Virus record (IMG/VR): IMGVR_UViG_3300043812_000021
Location: 6,099 to 70,098 of that record
Length of the DNA: 64,000 nucleotides
DNA from: a virus
Direction: 5' to 3' (one strand)
A program made the position numbers and the translations under genes. Of the stretch, positions 35,976-47,324 are shown piece by piece (position 1 is the stretch's first letter; every line of letters begins with the position of its first letter). The notes under the pieces are model-generated. The model saw nothing but the letters and a program-made list of their open reading frames with translations. It was not told the DNA's origin and did not search any database.

Positions 35976-36684
35976 TTGAGTGCTTATAAACATTACGTAA
36001 TTCAAGAGGGAGACACAATTCAGACAATTGCCTTTAAGCTTTATCAAGATATGGAGCAATGGCATACGCTAGTTAACCTTAATCATTTAGAATATCCATA
36101 CATTGTTGACACTCCACAAGAAAAGATGGGAAATCCAGAACATCTTTTAACTCGTGGAGATCGAATGCTATTACCTAATGACCAAGATACTTGGCAAAGA
36201 GCAAGTGAGAATAAGATTATTGAGTCGAATACCGCTCATTATCAACCAGCCTATTATGATACTGTTTTAGGTATGGATCTTGCTTTAAATGTTAATACTG
36301 ATGGTCATATGGACGAAGCTTTTGGTATTTTAGACTCAGACGGACACCAACCTAATACTGTGGTAGGAATACAGAACTTAAAGCAGAGTTTAATCTTACG
36401 GATTTTAACACGTAAGGGAACACTTTTATTTCACCCCGAATATGGGTCTCTCTTGCCCTGATATGCTTGGTAAGCAGATGAATAGGCAATTGCTCATGGA
36501 TGCTAAAAATGAGCTTAGGCGTACGCTCACGTCCGATCCACGAGTAAAGAATGCAACAGTAACGTCTGCTAAGATGTCATATACCTCGATGTTCTTAACG
36601 GCAGATATTACACCAATTGGTTCAAGAGAAGCGTTTAATCTTTATCTTTATCAATCAGAAAACGGAGAAATTTCAATCAGATAG
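35976..36684 (+). CDS. Baseplate wedge protein (LysM-like plus gp25-like), split by a +1 break at 36456-36461
   Basis: HYVIQEGDTIQTIA LysM-like start; NLKQSLILRILTRKGTLLFHPEYGS continues as PDMLGK...SDPRV in the +1 frame. Confidence 0.75.
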
Positions 36685-36691
36685 GAAGTGA

Positions 36692-38132
36692 ATGGATTTG
36701 GCAATTGATACTTCAGCAGATACAACTCAAATAGATAAAAATGGTTTTGCTTTTAGAAAAGCCAGTCAAATTATTCAGTCTGAAATTGACCAAGTAAGAA
36801 CACATACTGATTTAATTAATGACTTTAGTACTGGTTCTATTACTCGTACTTTAATTGAAGCCGAAGCTATTGAAATTGAAAAACTTTATTATTACACATT
36901 AGAAAACCTACAGAAGTCGATTGATGACGCAGTAACTTCGGCTTTTGGCTTTACACATAAGAGTGCTACCTATGCTTTTGGTGACGTTTTTGTTCGACTT
37001 AACGGGACTTTACAGCAGGATTTAGTAGTAGACCGAGGTACTCGTTTTTATTCCACTAACCCTAATTATGAACAAGTATATAGGACAATGGTTCCTTATC
37101 GTGTTCCTAAAGGAGCTAAGTCATTTACTATTCCAGTTTATTGTACTGTAATTGGTTCTTATGGTAACATTCCAGATCGGGTAATTGATCGTACAACTGA
37201 TATTGGTGGAATTGCAGAAGTCTATAATCCTGAGGCTTTTAATACAGGTGAAGACGAGGAAAATCCGCAACAGGCTAAAGTTCGATTTAGACAGATGATC
37301 CAGTCTCTAGCTCGTGGTACTAGTCAATCCTTAAAGTATGTCGCAGAAAGTGTTCCGGGAGTTGCTGGTGCTAATGTTTATGAATCTACCTATGGAGCAG
37401 TAGTAGTTTATGCACATGACGCTAACGGTAACTTGAGGTGATGATCTTAAACAGCAGATTGCTGATCGGTTAGTTGATTATAAACCAGCAGGAATTAAAG
37501 TCATGGTTTATCCAACTCATAAATCAGTAGTTGCTCTTGACGTTACAGTAAGAGTAGATAATACAGACTTTTTAACTAATGACTTTCTGGCTTTAATTAA
37601 ACAAAATCTCGCTAATTACATTAACTCGCTTACTGTAGGTGAGCCTCTATATAAGGCAAACATTATTCAAAAAGTAATGGATACTGACGACTTAGGTTTA
37701 CTTGATACGACAGTGGACGTTAAGGTCTATCCAGATAGAAAGATGCTAAATAACCCCGGAATTAGTGATGATACAATTATTAATATTAAAGGTGCAGAAG
37801 TAAGACAACCTTATCTTAGACCTACTGATATTACCCAAGAGGGGACTTATGGTATCTTAGGTCGTAAGTCCAATAAACTTACTGAACAAGACGGGGTAAG
37901 TTGGAAAGATTCTATTGTAAAGGATAAACAACCAGAGCAAGATGAGATTACAGAGGGTTTAGATATAGATGATGTATACCAAACTAATTCAAATGAAATC
38001 TTACGTCTAGCTATTTGTAATATTAAGTTCAAACAAGAAGCTAATGAAGCAGACCCTACAGTTTTAATTAATGACAAAGCACCACAAGATGATTCCTTGC
38101 CTAGTGTACTAGCTAATGGAATTGGTAAATAG
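36692..38132 (+). CDS. Baseplate J-like protein, split by a +1 break at 37436-37441
   Basis: DFSTGSITRTLIEA, SLARGT, YAHDANGNL then DDLKQQIADRLVDYKPAGIKV in the +1 frame. Confidence 0.8.
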
Positions 38133-38144
38133 GAGGTGTAGGTT

Positions 38145-39497
38145 ATGAGTATTGCTAATAACTTACATCCATTATGGAAAGGTGCACTAAGAGGTTATAA
38201 TAAACCTACAGGGGAAGTTAATGATGCTCTGATTAATGCACTCCAATATGAGGTAGATCGGGCAGAAGCTAGTATGTATTCGACTAAAATTGATTCTTAT
38301 TTAGATACTGCTAGAGGTGTTTGGCTTGATTACTGGGGTAGCTGGTTAGGGTTACAGCGTTTAAGCGGTGAGAATGATTATACTTACCGTGAAAAGTTAA
38401 AACACCATGTTTTGCATAGTCGAAGTACTAATAATAGTATTAGAGAGGCTCTTGCTAATTATTTACATACTAATGTAGGTAATATCTATATCTATGAGCC
38501 TTATCGTGATATGTTTATCTGGAATTCTAGCAAGTGGAATACTTACAAATTTTATCCCTCTACTTACTACCGTTATGCAGTAATTGACGTTCAGATTGAT
38601 TCTCCAATTAATACAATTGCTGGTGAAATTATTAATCTATTTAGACCTGCTGGGGTTATCTGGGTTATTACTTCCCTAGTTAATGTATTAAATACTAAAG
38701 CACCAATTATTGACTTTACTGCTTATGATAAATATAACTTTGTAACCGAAGATGTTGATTATATTGGGTTTACTGAAAGAGACGCTAATTATATTCTTCC
38801 TAATTTTGATCGAACTATCCATGTAACTGATCCGTTTATTTATAACGATAGCTTGCTAAATGGAGGAAAGAAATATTATACTCCCGGTGGTTTTCATAAT
38901 ATGATTTGGCTTGGTAAGGTTTTAAAGGATTACGAACCAACTCAAACCTTAGATACAGGACAATCAAAATCATTTGTAGAAATGCTACCATTACAAGATT
39001 ATAATGCAATGTCAAGAATAGATGACTTATCAAAAGACTTTGATTATAACTCTTTAGGTATTGGTGGGGGGATTGACTTCTATACTTTCTTAGGGGGTAA
39101 TTTAACTGGTAATACTCCTAAGCAAGCAGTACTTAATAAATTAGATAAATTCCCAATTAAGACTCTTGCTACCTATATGAAAGTTAAGGGTATAGGCAGT
39201 AAACAAACAATTCACCCCTATGTATATGATTTTATTAATAATATGTGGGTAAAGTTTTCTGATTATGAATTAAGTTCAAAATATAAGCTATATCGGATTA
39301 GCTTTAATACATTGAAACCTTACCTTAATAATAATGGAATTATGTATGTTAAGTTTATGTTCGATACTCAGTCTTCCATTTCTGTAGATTACTTTGGCTT
39401 TGATTATGAAGACGATAGTGTTGGAGTAATGAGAATGGGATCGATTGATGGTCAATTTAAGATGGGTGCATATACACAAGATAGATATGATGATTAA
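38145..39497 (+). CDS. Baseplate wedge protein
   Basis: LDTARGVWLDYWGSWLG...REND..YR and FRPAGV motifs. Confidence 0.7.
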   Translation: MSIANNLHPLWKGALRGYNKPTGEVNDALINALQYEVDRAEASMYSTKIDSYLDTARGVWLDYWGSWLGLQRLSGENDYTYREKLKHHVLHSRSTNNSIREALANYLHTNVGNIYIYEPYRDMFIWNSSKWNTYKFYPSTYYRYAVIDVQIDSPINTIAGEIINLFRPAGVIWVITSLVNVLNTKAPIIDFTAYDKYNFVTEDVDYIGFTERDANYILPNFDRTIHVTDPFIYNDSLLNGGKKYYTPGGFHNMIWLGKVLKDYEPTQTLDTGQSKSFVEMLPLQDYNAMSRIDDLSKDFDYNSLGIGGGIDFYTFLGGNLTGNTPKQAVLNKLDKFPIKTLATYMKVKGIGSKQTIHPYVYDFINNMWVKFSDYELSSKYKLYRISFNTLKPYLNNNGIMYVKFMFDTQSSISVDYFGFDYEDDSVGVMRMGSIDGQFKMGAYTQDRYDD

Positions 39498-39522
39498 GAG
39501 ACAGGTTAATCCCTGTCTTTTT
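39496..39522 (+). terminator. Rho-independent terminator
   Basis: AGACAGG-ttaatc-CCTGTCT plus T-run; TATATTA at 39532-38. Confidence 0.7.
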
Positions 39523-39599
39523 AGATTCAACTATATTAAAGCAAGACAAAAGAGACTTTCTAGTATACTAAGAAAGAATAAATTAAAGGGGCGATTAAA

Positions 39600-40127
39600 A
39601 TGGTTGTTAAATTTACGCAAGCATATATGACAACAGATTATCCAGATGAAAATGGTAACTACTACTATCCTGTATTTGTACCAGAAAATGCTCATGTACA
39701 GTTACCAATCGTTACTTCGATGCCAGACGCTAGTTTAGGAAATCGTGGTATTCGTTATGATTGGAACACTAATAGCTGGACTGTATCAAGTGATGACCCA
39801 CTAATTAAAAAGATTAGTACTCTTGAAGCACAATTGAATGGTTTAGTTTCAGCTTCTAAGGGTAATAACAGTACTTCAGGAAACTCTAGTTCAGTTCAAC
39901 CAACTACCCCAGATAATTCTGCTAGTTCCATTAATAGCTCATCTACTGCGCCTGCAAGTTCTGCTGGCAGTACATTATCTAATATGATGAATATGTTTAA
40001 TGGGGCTAATCAGAGTTCCTCTGGCGCAACTAGTCAAGCTCAACCAGCGGGTTCTGACTCTAGCTCAGCAGATGTTAATTCAGTGAACCCAGACACTTCA
40101 GACTCAACAAAGGACAGTGATAAGTAA
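39600..40127 (+). CDS. Virion-associated hypothetical protein with Ser-rich low-complexity tail
   Basis: 175 aa; second half S/T/N/A-rich. Confidence 0.55.
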   Translation: MVVKFTQAYMTTDYPDENGNYYYPVFVPENAHVQLPIVTSMPDASLGNRGIRYDWNTNSWTVSSDDPLIKKISTLEAQLNGLVSASKGNNSTSGNSSSVQPTTPDNSASSINSSSTAPASSAGSTLSNMMNMFNGANQSSSGATSQAQPAGSDSSSADVNSVNPDTSDSTKDSDK

Positions 40128-40369
40128 TGAGGGCTGAATTTTACGATAATTATTGGTATAATCAGATGTGTGCTGGTTATGAAAGAGGAGTATTTAAGGA
40201 AGAATGGTACATCGATAAGGCTGTAGATTTTGGTTGGATTGATGAAAAAGAAGCACAAGTCCTACATAAGAAATACTTTACAAAACCAGATGATATTATC
40301 ATTCCTAATCCCCCTGCTTCTGTTCAACTTTATGTATCTACTACGAGTGTAGAAGTGAGGGGTGAATAA
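40127..40369 (+). CDS. Small XkdX-like protein
   Basis: 80 aa; AVDFGWIDEKEA resembles the XkdX pattern; coupled to upstream ORF. Confidence 0.4.
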   Translation: MRAEFYDNYWYNQMCAGYERGVFKEEWYIDKAVDFGWIDEKEAQVLHKKYFTKPDDIIIPNPPASVQLYVSTTSVEVRGE

Positions 40370-40371
40370 AA

Positions 40372-40920
40372 TTGGCAATTGAAACTAATATAGGACACGT
40401 ATTACAAGCGATTGATTTTAGTCAGAAGCAAGACTTGTATTTTGTATTAGGTCGAGATAAGGATTGGCCTGATCCTTCTAGTCCTAGTCCAGAAAGTGTA
40501 ACTACTACTATGATTGAGAATCCATTAGCTGTAGTTAAGGTTGATCGGTTAGTACTATGCTATAAGACAGATGAACACGTTCCAGACAGTGCTTCGGATG
40601 GTGACGATTTTGTTATCTATAAGGGTAGCAAGTGGAAGACTATTAGATCAGACCAAGTATTAAGTAATAACCAATTACTTCAACCTGCTAACTATGTCTG
40701 CTTAATTGGTACTTTAGATGTAGCTAAGTTACCAATGTTTAGCTTTACTCAAATCGGTGTAGCAGAAGATGTAGCAATTGCAGATAATGCTCCGTCAAAA
40801 CATGAAGCACAAAAGCAAAATGTTACTAATTGGGGTAATATGTATTTCTATGAAAATAGACCAATGGAAACATATGGTAATACACAACGTAAGATTATGA
40901 AGTACATGATTCAGTTTTAG
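40372..40920 (+). CDS. Baseplate protein
   Basis: 182 aa; YFVLGRDKDWPD..PSPE motif; precedes the large tail protein as in K-like phages. Confidence 0.65.
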   Translation: MAIETNIGHVLQAIDFSQKQDLYFVLGRDKDWPDPSSPSPESVTTTMIENPLAVVKVDRLVLCYKTDEHVPDSASDGDDFVIYKGSKWKTIRSDQVLSNNQLLQPANYVCLIGTLDVAKLPMFSFTQIGVAEDVAIADNAPSKHEAQKQNVTNWGNMYFYENRPMETYGNTQRKIMKYMIQF

Positions 40921-40955
40921 ATTAAAACCTAAGTAGAAAGGAATGATAAAAGTAT

Positions 40956-43900
40956 ATGGCAGGAACAATTGATGATAGCCAACAACCTTATGGAAACCAC
41001 TTTAACCTCTCTAAGAGATTTTCTAAGGTTTTATTCCGCCCCGGAAGACCTGCACTGAGTTCAGAGTTGCTTGAATTGCAAAGTATTCAAAACAATCAAC
41101 TAGAAATGCTAGGCGATTCTCTTTTTCAAGAAGGGGCTATTATTTCTGGGATGGAAATTATCCCAAAACCAGATCGGACAACAGCAGATACTAAGATGCC
41201 AAACTCATTCTCAGTAGCTAGTTTGTTTGCTAATAATTCTAAGTATTCAACGGGTGGCTATGTTCGAGATGGTAGAATTACGGTAACAACGGAGGGTAAC
41301 TTACCTACTGATGTTCCGTCTATTGACTTTACTGGTAATGTTACTCAGGGGTTAGGTGTAGTAGTAAGTTTTACTATTAGTAAGAACTCTGGTAATTTAA
41401 ATAAGATTAATTTAGTGGGTGACGACAGTAAGTTAGAATTAATTAGTTGGACGGTAGATGGGAATACTATTAGTTCTGATATTAATGATTTAACTAATGC
41501 TTCTGCTCTAGTTTTGACTAATGGGAACCAAGTTAATCTTAATGATGGCTCACATAAGTTTGTTGTTAAGTATCGTACTAAGGCTTCTGGTTCTGTTAGT
41601 TTCAAACTTGCTATTAATGCAGGTTATGATCCAACTTCTAATACTGCTGAAGTTAATATTGATAAGCTTTATATTGAAGACGGTAACGAAGCTACTGAGT
41701 GGAAGATTAACTCTAAAGACTCAGGTATTGCTTCTGATACTGAACGGATTAAGAATTATACTGTAAAATCTGGTCGAGTATACTTAAATGGTGCCGTTCG
41801 AGAATTTGATCAACAAGATTTTTCAATTAAGGGAACCGGTCGGGAGGAAATTGGTTTAAGACTCGATGAAAATATTGTTACGGCTAGTGATGACCCATCC
41901 TTACTTGATGATACTCCCGGCGCAGTAACTAAGGGTGAAGCTGGAGCAGATCGACTTCATTATAGTGTTGCTCTTACCTATCAAGATGCCAGTGCTACAC
42001 CTTTTGTAGTATTCCAAGATAACGTTCTTAATCAAAGAGCAATTAAACCAGACTACTCTAACCTAGAACCTATCTTAGCTAAACGTACCTATGACCAATC
42101 TGGTTCTTTCCGTTCTTATGGTTTTGAAGCTCACTTGAGAAAGAATCCAGATCCATCTAAGGGTGCACAAGATCCAACAGACGCAAACAAAATCTTACTT
42201 GATATTGATGCTGGGCAAGCTTATGTACAAGGTTATAGTATCTCTACTTCTGAACCTACTACGCTTAAACTTGGCGTTGCTAATCAATTAGGTACTGCAA
42301 CTAACGAAGGTTTCTACTATCGTGGCGATGGCTCAAATTACCAATTAATTAACCAACCAGTTAGAAATGTTTCTGGGGTTACTTATACGTCACGTGAAAC
42401 CATTAATCATGCACGCGGTGCAGGTAGTGATGTTAAGGATAACTTTACTAATAAGAATGTTACTTATATCCGTAAAGTTTGGAATAATGCAAAAGAATTT
42501 GAAGAAGGAAAACATTTCACGTATGTAGGGAATACTATTTACTGGGGAGTTGATCTTAAGGGTAATCCTCTTCCAAATGCTAATGACCTACCTACTCCCG
42601 GACAAAGTTATAATATTACTTATGACTATGCTACTAATGCTAAAGAGGGTACCGATTATCGAGTAGCTGTACAAGATGGTGTTACCTCTATTGATATTGA
42701 TAGCATGAAAGGTGCTAAACCAGTTGCGGGTTCAACAATTAATGTTACTTACAGTTACTTTACTGCTCGGATTGATATGATTAGAATTACTATGGATCAA
42801 GCAAATCCATTTAAGATTATTAAGGGACAACCCGGACCAATTAATTCAATTACCCCTCCAGTAGTAGATGATCCATTAACGCTTGAACTTGGTTATGTAT
42901 ATATTGAGCCTAATTCGCATAATGCTGTCTTTACTATGCAAACCATTACTCGGATTACTTTTGAATCATTACAACAATGGGGACATCGTTTAGATAATGC
43001 AGAATACAACATGGCTCTTAATTATATGCAATCTGATGTCAAGCGTTCAGAAGACCCAGTAGTATTGAAAGATGCTTTTGCTGATAGTTTTGCTACAATT
43101 GCTAACCGTGACGACAGTAATAGTAATGTTGCCTACGACTTTGAGAATGGTGAAATTTCTATTCCGGCACAAGCTAAGGCTGATTTATCACCTAACATGA
43201 ATAAGGCTCTTTCTAATGTTTCAATACATGGTAAATTAGTTCGTCCACCTTATCATGAAGTTGAAGCGCTTAGTCAATCTATTGCCACTGGTGTTATTAA
43301 TATTAATGAGTTTAATATTTTCTCTGCTAATGGTAATTTAACTATTGATCCTGCTGTTGATAATTGGATTGATAGTAAGACCACTACTGACTTTAAGCGT
43401 GTTGATAAAGGTACGATTAACATGAATAAGTGGTGGAGACACATGAGTGATACTAGCATGGGATGGTATAATGATGGTCGTACTGCACAGGAACACGCCA
43501 TTGACCAAGCAGGACAACAGTTAATGCGTTATGGTGGTCTTAACGGGGTTGTTGATACTGGTTCTGGTAACACCTTAGGTCAAACTGGTTGGATGATTGG
43601 TGACGGTGGTACTTCTACTACGGACTCATTAGTCGAATACATGAGATCTAAGAAGATTACTTTTAAGGCTACTAACTTTAGACCTTTAACAGATGGTTAT
43701 ACAATTACGATTGATGGTACTCCAGTTCAAGAACCTACTCCAGAAAACGACAACTATAAAGGAACTAAAGCTAATACCTTTAAGGCTGATACTAAAGGTG
43801 AAATTCATGGTACCTTTGTAATTCCGGGTGGATCTATTCGTTGTGGAACTAGAGTAGTTAAAATTGTTAATAATAGTGGTGACGTAGCTTCTACTAACTA

Positions 43901-45503
43901 CACTGCTAACGGTACGCTTAGAACAACTACTAATGTTATCGAAAAACAAACTTATACTGTTAACCTTTGGGACCCATTAGCTCAATCATTCTACTTACAA
44001 GAAACGAGACAATTATCATCTATCGACTTGTACTTTATGACTAAGCCCGCTAGTGCTAATAGTAATGAAGCTCATCGTCCTCAATTAATTGTTCAAATTC
44101 GGGAATTAGGAGATACTCAATACCCTAATCGAGTAGTTAGGGCAGAGCAATATCTGGACCCAGAAGAAATTCATACTAGTAATGATGGTAGTGTCGCAAC
44201 TAGAATTACTTTTGATGATCCAGTTACTCTTAAAGCTAACGAAGGTTATGCTGTTGTTCTTATTTCAGATAGTAACGAATATACTGTCTTTAAGGCTACT
44301 AAGGGCGAAACTGTTATGAGTGCTGGTAAGTCTGAAACTGGTTACAACACTAACTACCAAGCTATCTATAATGATGACCCACAAGCAACAGGTCAAAACT
44401 TTACTATTACGTCTACTGTTTCTGCTAATGTTGGTGATGTTTTAGGTAAAGCGCCTAACTCAAATGGTGACTTATTTATTTCTAATAACGGTATGACTTG
44501 GACTGCTGATGGTGCTTCTAGTTTGAAGTTCAGAGTTAACGTAGCTGAGTTCTTAGATAATGGTCAAGTTGTCTTTGATCCAATTATTATGTCTGACTTT
44601 AACCAATCAGCTAATACTGTTTGGGACAAACGCAGTGATATGGGACCTAATATGGATTGGCATGGTACAACTCCTAACACTTATCTATCGTCTATTGATC
44701 GTTTAGCTACTTTGACCAACTTCTTAACTTATCAAAACACTGCTATGCACTGGTATATGAAGCTAGTTCAGCAATCAGATATTAATACCGAGGGTAGCAA
44801 TAATTTAACTACTATATTGGATAAGGCACAATGGAAACCATTAGTTGTTAATAATAACAATAAAGTGGTATCTGTTCCGGGAACTACTACTACGTCCGTA
44901 CCTAAGATTACAACAAGTAATGATCCACAACAGTTGGATGGTGAATTAGCTCTGTTCCAAAACACCTACGCTATTCAATTAATGGCAGAATTTACTACAG
45001 ATAGATATATTGCTCCTATCTTAACTACTGAGTCATTAAGTTTAGCTTCTATTCTTACTGGTACTAAAGCCCATTATGAATCTATTAACTTAGACGAGTC
45101 GGGTGATGCTCATTTTAATAAGGTTAAGATTCAATATGACGCTTATATTCCTAATCCGGGAGCAGAGGAGTCTTATGTATTACCTATGTACTCAGTAGAC
45201 GGTGGGAATACTTGGTATAATTTCCCAGAGGACGGTGGAAAGAGTACAACGTTAAATAAGGACGCTTCTAGCGGTTCTAAACCAACCTCAACTAAGCGAG
45301 TTAGTCCTTACTTTACTCGTTATATCTTCCAAGCTACTATTCCAGATGTTACTTATACTGGTGCAGACGGTAAACCTAAGAAAGGTATGGATCAAAAACA
45401 TTTAGCTACTCAGTTTAAGGTTCGTCTTAACTTGCACGCTTCTAGTAATTTTAGAAGCCCTAAGGTAAGGAAATTGTCTGGTGTCTTCAAGTATGATATT
45501 TAA
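40956..45503 (+). CDS. Large baseplate/adsorption protein (VrlC/DUF4815-like)
   Basis: PYGNHF..RFSKVLFRPGRPALSSELLELQ, LAKRTYDQSGSF, WDPLAQSF and KFRVNVAEF motifs. Confidence 0.75.
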   Translation: MAGTIDDSQQPYGNHFNLSKRFSKVLFRPGRPALSSELLELQSIQNNQLEMLGDSLFQEGAIISGMEIIPKPDRTTADTKMPNSFSVASLFANNSKYSTGGYVRDGRITVTTEGNLPTDVPSIDFTGNVTQGLGVVVSFTISKNSGNLNKINLVGDDSKLELISWTVDGNTISSDINDLTNASALVLTNGNQVNLNDGSHKFVVKYRTKASGSVSFKLAINAGYDPTSNTAEVNIDKLYIEDGNEATEWKINSKDSGIASDTERIKNYTVKSGRVYLNGAVREFDQQDFSIKGTGREEIGLRLDENIVTASDDPSLLDDTPGAVTKGEAGADRLHYSVALTYQDASATPFVVFQDNVLNQRAIKPDYSNLEPILAKRTYDQSGSFRSYGFEAHLRKNPDPSKGAQDPTDANKILLDIDAGQAYVQGYSISTSEPTTLKLGVANQLGTATNEGFYYRGDGSNYQLINQPVRNVSGVTYTSRETINHARGAGSDVKDNFTNKNVTYIRKVWNNAKEFEEGKHFTYVGNTIYWGVDLKGNPLPNANDLPTPGQSYNITYDYATNAKEGTDYRVAVQDGVTSIDIDSMKGAKPVAGSTINVTYSYFTARIDMIRITMDQANPFKIIKGQPGPINSITPPVVDDPLTLELGYVYIEPNSHNAVFTMQTITRITFESLQQWGHRLDNAEYNMALNYMQSDVKRSEDPVVLKDAFADSFATIANRDDSNSNVAYDFENGEISIPAQAKADLSPNMNKALSNVSIHGKLVRPPYHEVEALSQSIATGVININEFNIFSANGNLTIDPAVDNWIDSKTTTDFKRVDKGTINMNKWWRHMSDTSMGWYNDGRTAQEHAIDQAGQQLMRYGGLNGVVDTGSGNTLGQTGWMIGDGGTSTTDSLVEYMRSKKITFKATNFRPLTDGYTITIDGTPVQEPTPENDNYKGTKANTFKADTKGEIHGTFVIPGGSIRCGTRVVKIVNNSGDVASTNYTANGTLRTTTNVIEKQTYTVNLWDPLAQSFYLQETRQLSSIDLYFMTKPASANSNEAHRPQLIVQIRELGDTQYPNRVVRAEQYLDPEEIHTSNDGSVATRITFDDPVTLKANEGYAVVLISDSNEYTVFKATKGETVMSAGKSETGYNTNYQAIYNDDPQATGQNFTITSTVSANVGDVLGKAPNSNGDLFISNNGMTWTADGASSLKFRVNVAEFLDNGQVVFDPIIMSDFNQSANTVWDKRSDMGPNMDWHGTTPNTYLSSIDRLATLTNFLTYQNTAMHWYMKLVQQSDINTEGSNNLTTILDKAQWKPLVVNNNNKVVSVPGTTTTSVPKITTSNDPQQLDGELALFQNTYAIQLMAEFTTDRYIAPILTTESLSLASILTGTKAHYESINLDESGDAHFNKVKIQYDAYIPNPGAEESYVLPMYSVDGGNTWYNFPEDGGKSTTLNKDASSGSKPTSTKRVSPYFTRYIFQATIPDVTYTGADGKPKKGMDQKHLATQFKVRLNLHASSNFRSPKVRKLSGVFKYDI

Positions 45504-45520
45504 TTAATAAATAGAATTAG

Positions 45521-45551
45521 AAAGTACTTAGTTTAGTGACTAGGTACTTTT
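45521..45551 (+). terminator. Rho-independent terminator
   Basis: AAAGTACTTAGT-ttagtg-ACTAGGTACTTT plus T; TATATTA follows near 45570. Confidence 0.75.
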
Positions 45552-45633
45552 TATTTACTCTAAATATCCTATATTAGAACTAGCACAGATTAGATTTACC
45601 TGACTTGACTGATAATCAGAGAGGAAGAATAAA

Positions 45634-46113
45634 ATGCACGATTTACTGATGGCAATTGCGATTGCATTAATTCCAGTTGTAATGGGCTGGATTGGTCAAC
45701 AATTGATTAATAATCATAAGCTAGGGGAACAAGCATACAAGATTGAGAACCTAGTTAGCATGGCAGTGGTAGAAGCTGAAAAGCTTGGTTTAACAAAACA
45801 ACTTACTGGTAATGAGCAATTCCAATATGCTCTTAACTTTGTTAATAGCCAGCTTAAAGCTTTAGGTATTACAGATGTTGATGAAAGCTTAATTAAAGCA
45901 CAAATTGAACGTTCTTGGTTTACCCAAAAAGATCGTTTAGAACAGGTTTATGGAAGCGTGAGCCAACCTACTACACCTACTGATCCTCAGCAACTAAAAA
46001 GTGCTAACACAACAGTGGAAAAGCCATCTTCAGCAGTACCAGAACAAGGAAAAGATAATATCCAAGCAAGTCAACCAGCTACTAACCAAGTATCTGAAAA
46101 TGGTGGAAAGTAG
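45634..46113 (+). CDS. Holin (LL-H-like family)
   Basis: N-terminal TM; AVVEAEKLG...GNEQFQYAL...IKAQIERSW pattern. Confidence 0.7.
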   Translation: MHDLLMAIAIALIPVVMGWIGQQLINNHKLGEQAYKIENLVSMAVVEAEKLGLTKQLTGNEQFQYALNFVNSQLKALGITDVDESLIKAQIERSWFTQKDRLEQVYGSVSQPTTPTDPQQLKSANTTVEKPSSAVPEQGKDNIQASQPATNQVSENGGK

Positions 46114-46138
46114 AGACAATAATCAAGGTAAATCTACT

Positions 46139-46465
46139 ATGCAGGTAGATAACGATACAATCTTTAACTTGTTAATGGAACTGAAATCCTCTAATGCGTC
46201 TATTCAAACTGAAATTAACTCATTAAATGAGAAGATAGATCAATCTAATCGTAAGTTTGATGAGTTAAAGCAAGATTTTAATACTCGTATTGATAATGTG
46301 GAAGAGGATTCCACTAAAGCACGGGATAAGGCACAAGAAGCCCTAGAGAAGAGTAAACAGCTAGAAAAGGATAATCAGCAGAAGAACAATACATGGACTT
46401 TGATCTGGTTACCCATTTTGATTGCCTTTATTCCAACTATTTTAGGGCACATCCACTTACAATAA
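46139..46465 (+). CDS. Coiled-coil protein with C-terminal TM (holin/hemolysin-like)
   Basis: Likely ATG 46139; ends TWTLIWLPILIAFIPTILG. Confidence 0.55.
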   Translation: MQVDNDTIFNLLMELKSSNASIQTEINSLNEKIDQSNRKFDELKQDFNTRIDNVEEDSTKARDKAQEALEKSKQLEKDNQQKNNTWTLIWLPILIAFIPTILGHIHLQ

Positions 46466-46496
46466 AGGAGAGGTAAAATTATTGCCTCTCTTTTTA
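46464..46496 (+). terminator. Rho-independent terminator
   Basis: AAGGAGAGGTAA-aatta-TTGCCTCTCTT plus T-run. Confidence 0.65.
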
Positions 46497-46510
46497 TTTT
46501 TATCTTTTTA

Positions 46511-46549
46511 TACAAAAACAGTTGAATATTTAACTAAAAGTGTTATAGT
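46511..46549 (+). promoter_or_regulatory. SigmaA-type promoter, near copy of 18270-18308
   Basis: TTGAAT-16-TATAGT; 34/39 identical to the 18270 promoter. Confidence 0.7.
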
Positions 46550-46580
46550 AGAATTATCAATAAAACGGGTTGGTGATGTA

Positions 46581-47324
46581 ATGTGTAATTATTTAAAAGA
46601 AGATTATGTCTATCTGCTAGGACAAGCCTATGATTGTTTTAACTACACTTTAGTGGAAGATAAGACAGCTATGGTAAATTATTTTGTTAAGCCTAGTAAG
46701 TTAGATCAGCAGATTATGAATGACTTTTATGATTTAAGTTTAAAATTGCAAGAAAATCCCGTCTGGTTAATGTCTAGCGTTTTTGATTACTATTTATACC
46801 TTAATCGAAAACGTAAAACTATCCCGTTCATGCCTTTGGGTAACTTTAATCAAGAAATGATTCTAAAGGCTTATGACGGAAAAGATAAATACCGAAAATT
46901 AACTAATAAAAACCTATATGTTACCTTAGACAACCTTTACTTAAAGGCTCTTAATATGCTATTTAAAATTCCAATTAAGGAATTATATAGTGAAGAAAAG
47001 ACTTATCTTAAAGAAAGAGTTTTTGACTATCGTAACACTTCTTATATTAATGTTTCAATGGAAAAGGTTAGAAGATTACTTCTAAAACGCTCTAATAAAA
47101 CGTGGGATAATATGTTATTATTAGATGGTGTGGAGTATTTTGAACCAGTAATATTCTTAATTTGTAAGGAACCTCATGAAGCTCTAACCCATCATTTAGG
47201 AGTAACAGAATACAGCTATTACTATTATGGAATTAATAATGAAATAGAACTTCGAGATCCAGATGAATTAAAGTATCTATTCAATGCTTACCATTATCTT
47301 AATCAGAGAGGATTAATAATTTAA
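46581..47324 (+). CDS. Replication-module protein upstream of helicase
   Basis: Likely ATG 46581; occupies the position of the Rep-like gene in K-like phages. Confidence 0.5.
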   Translation: MCNYLKEDYVYLLGQAYDCFNYTLVEDKTAMVNYFVKPSKLDQQIMNDFYDLSLKLQENPVWLMSSVFDYYLYLNRKRKTIPFMPLGNFNQEMILKAYDGKDKYRKLTNKNLYVTLDNLYLKALNMLFKIPIKELYSEEKTYLKERVFDYRNTSYINVSMEKVRRLLLKRSNKTWDNMLLLDGVEYFEPVIFLICKEPHEALTHHLGVTEYSYYYYGINNEIELRDPDELKYLFNAYHYLNQRGLII

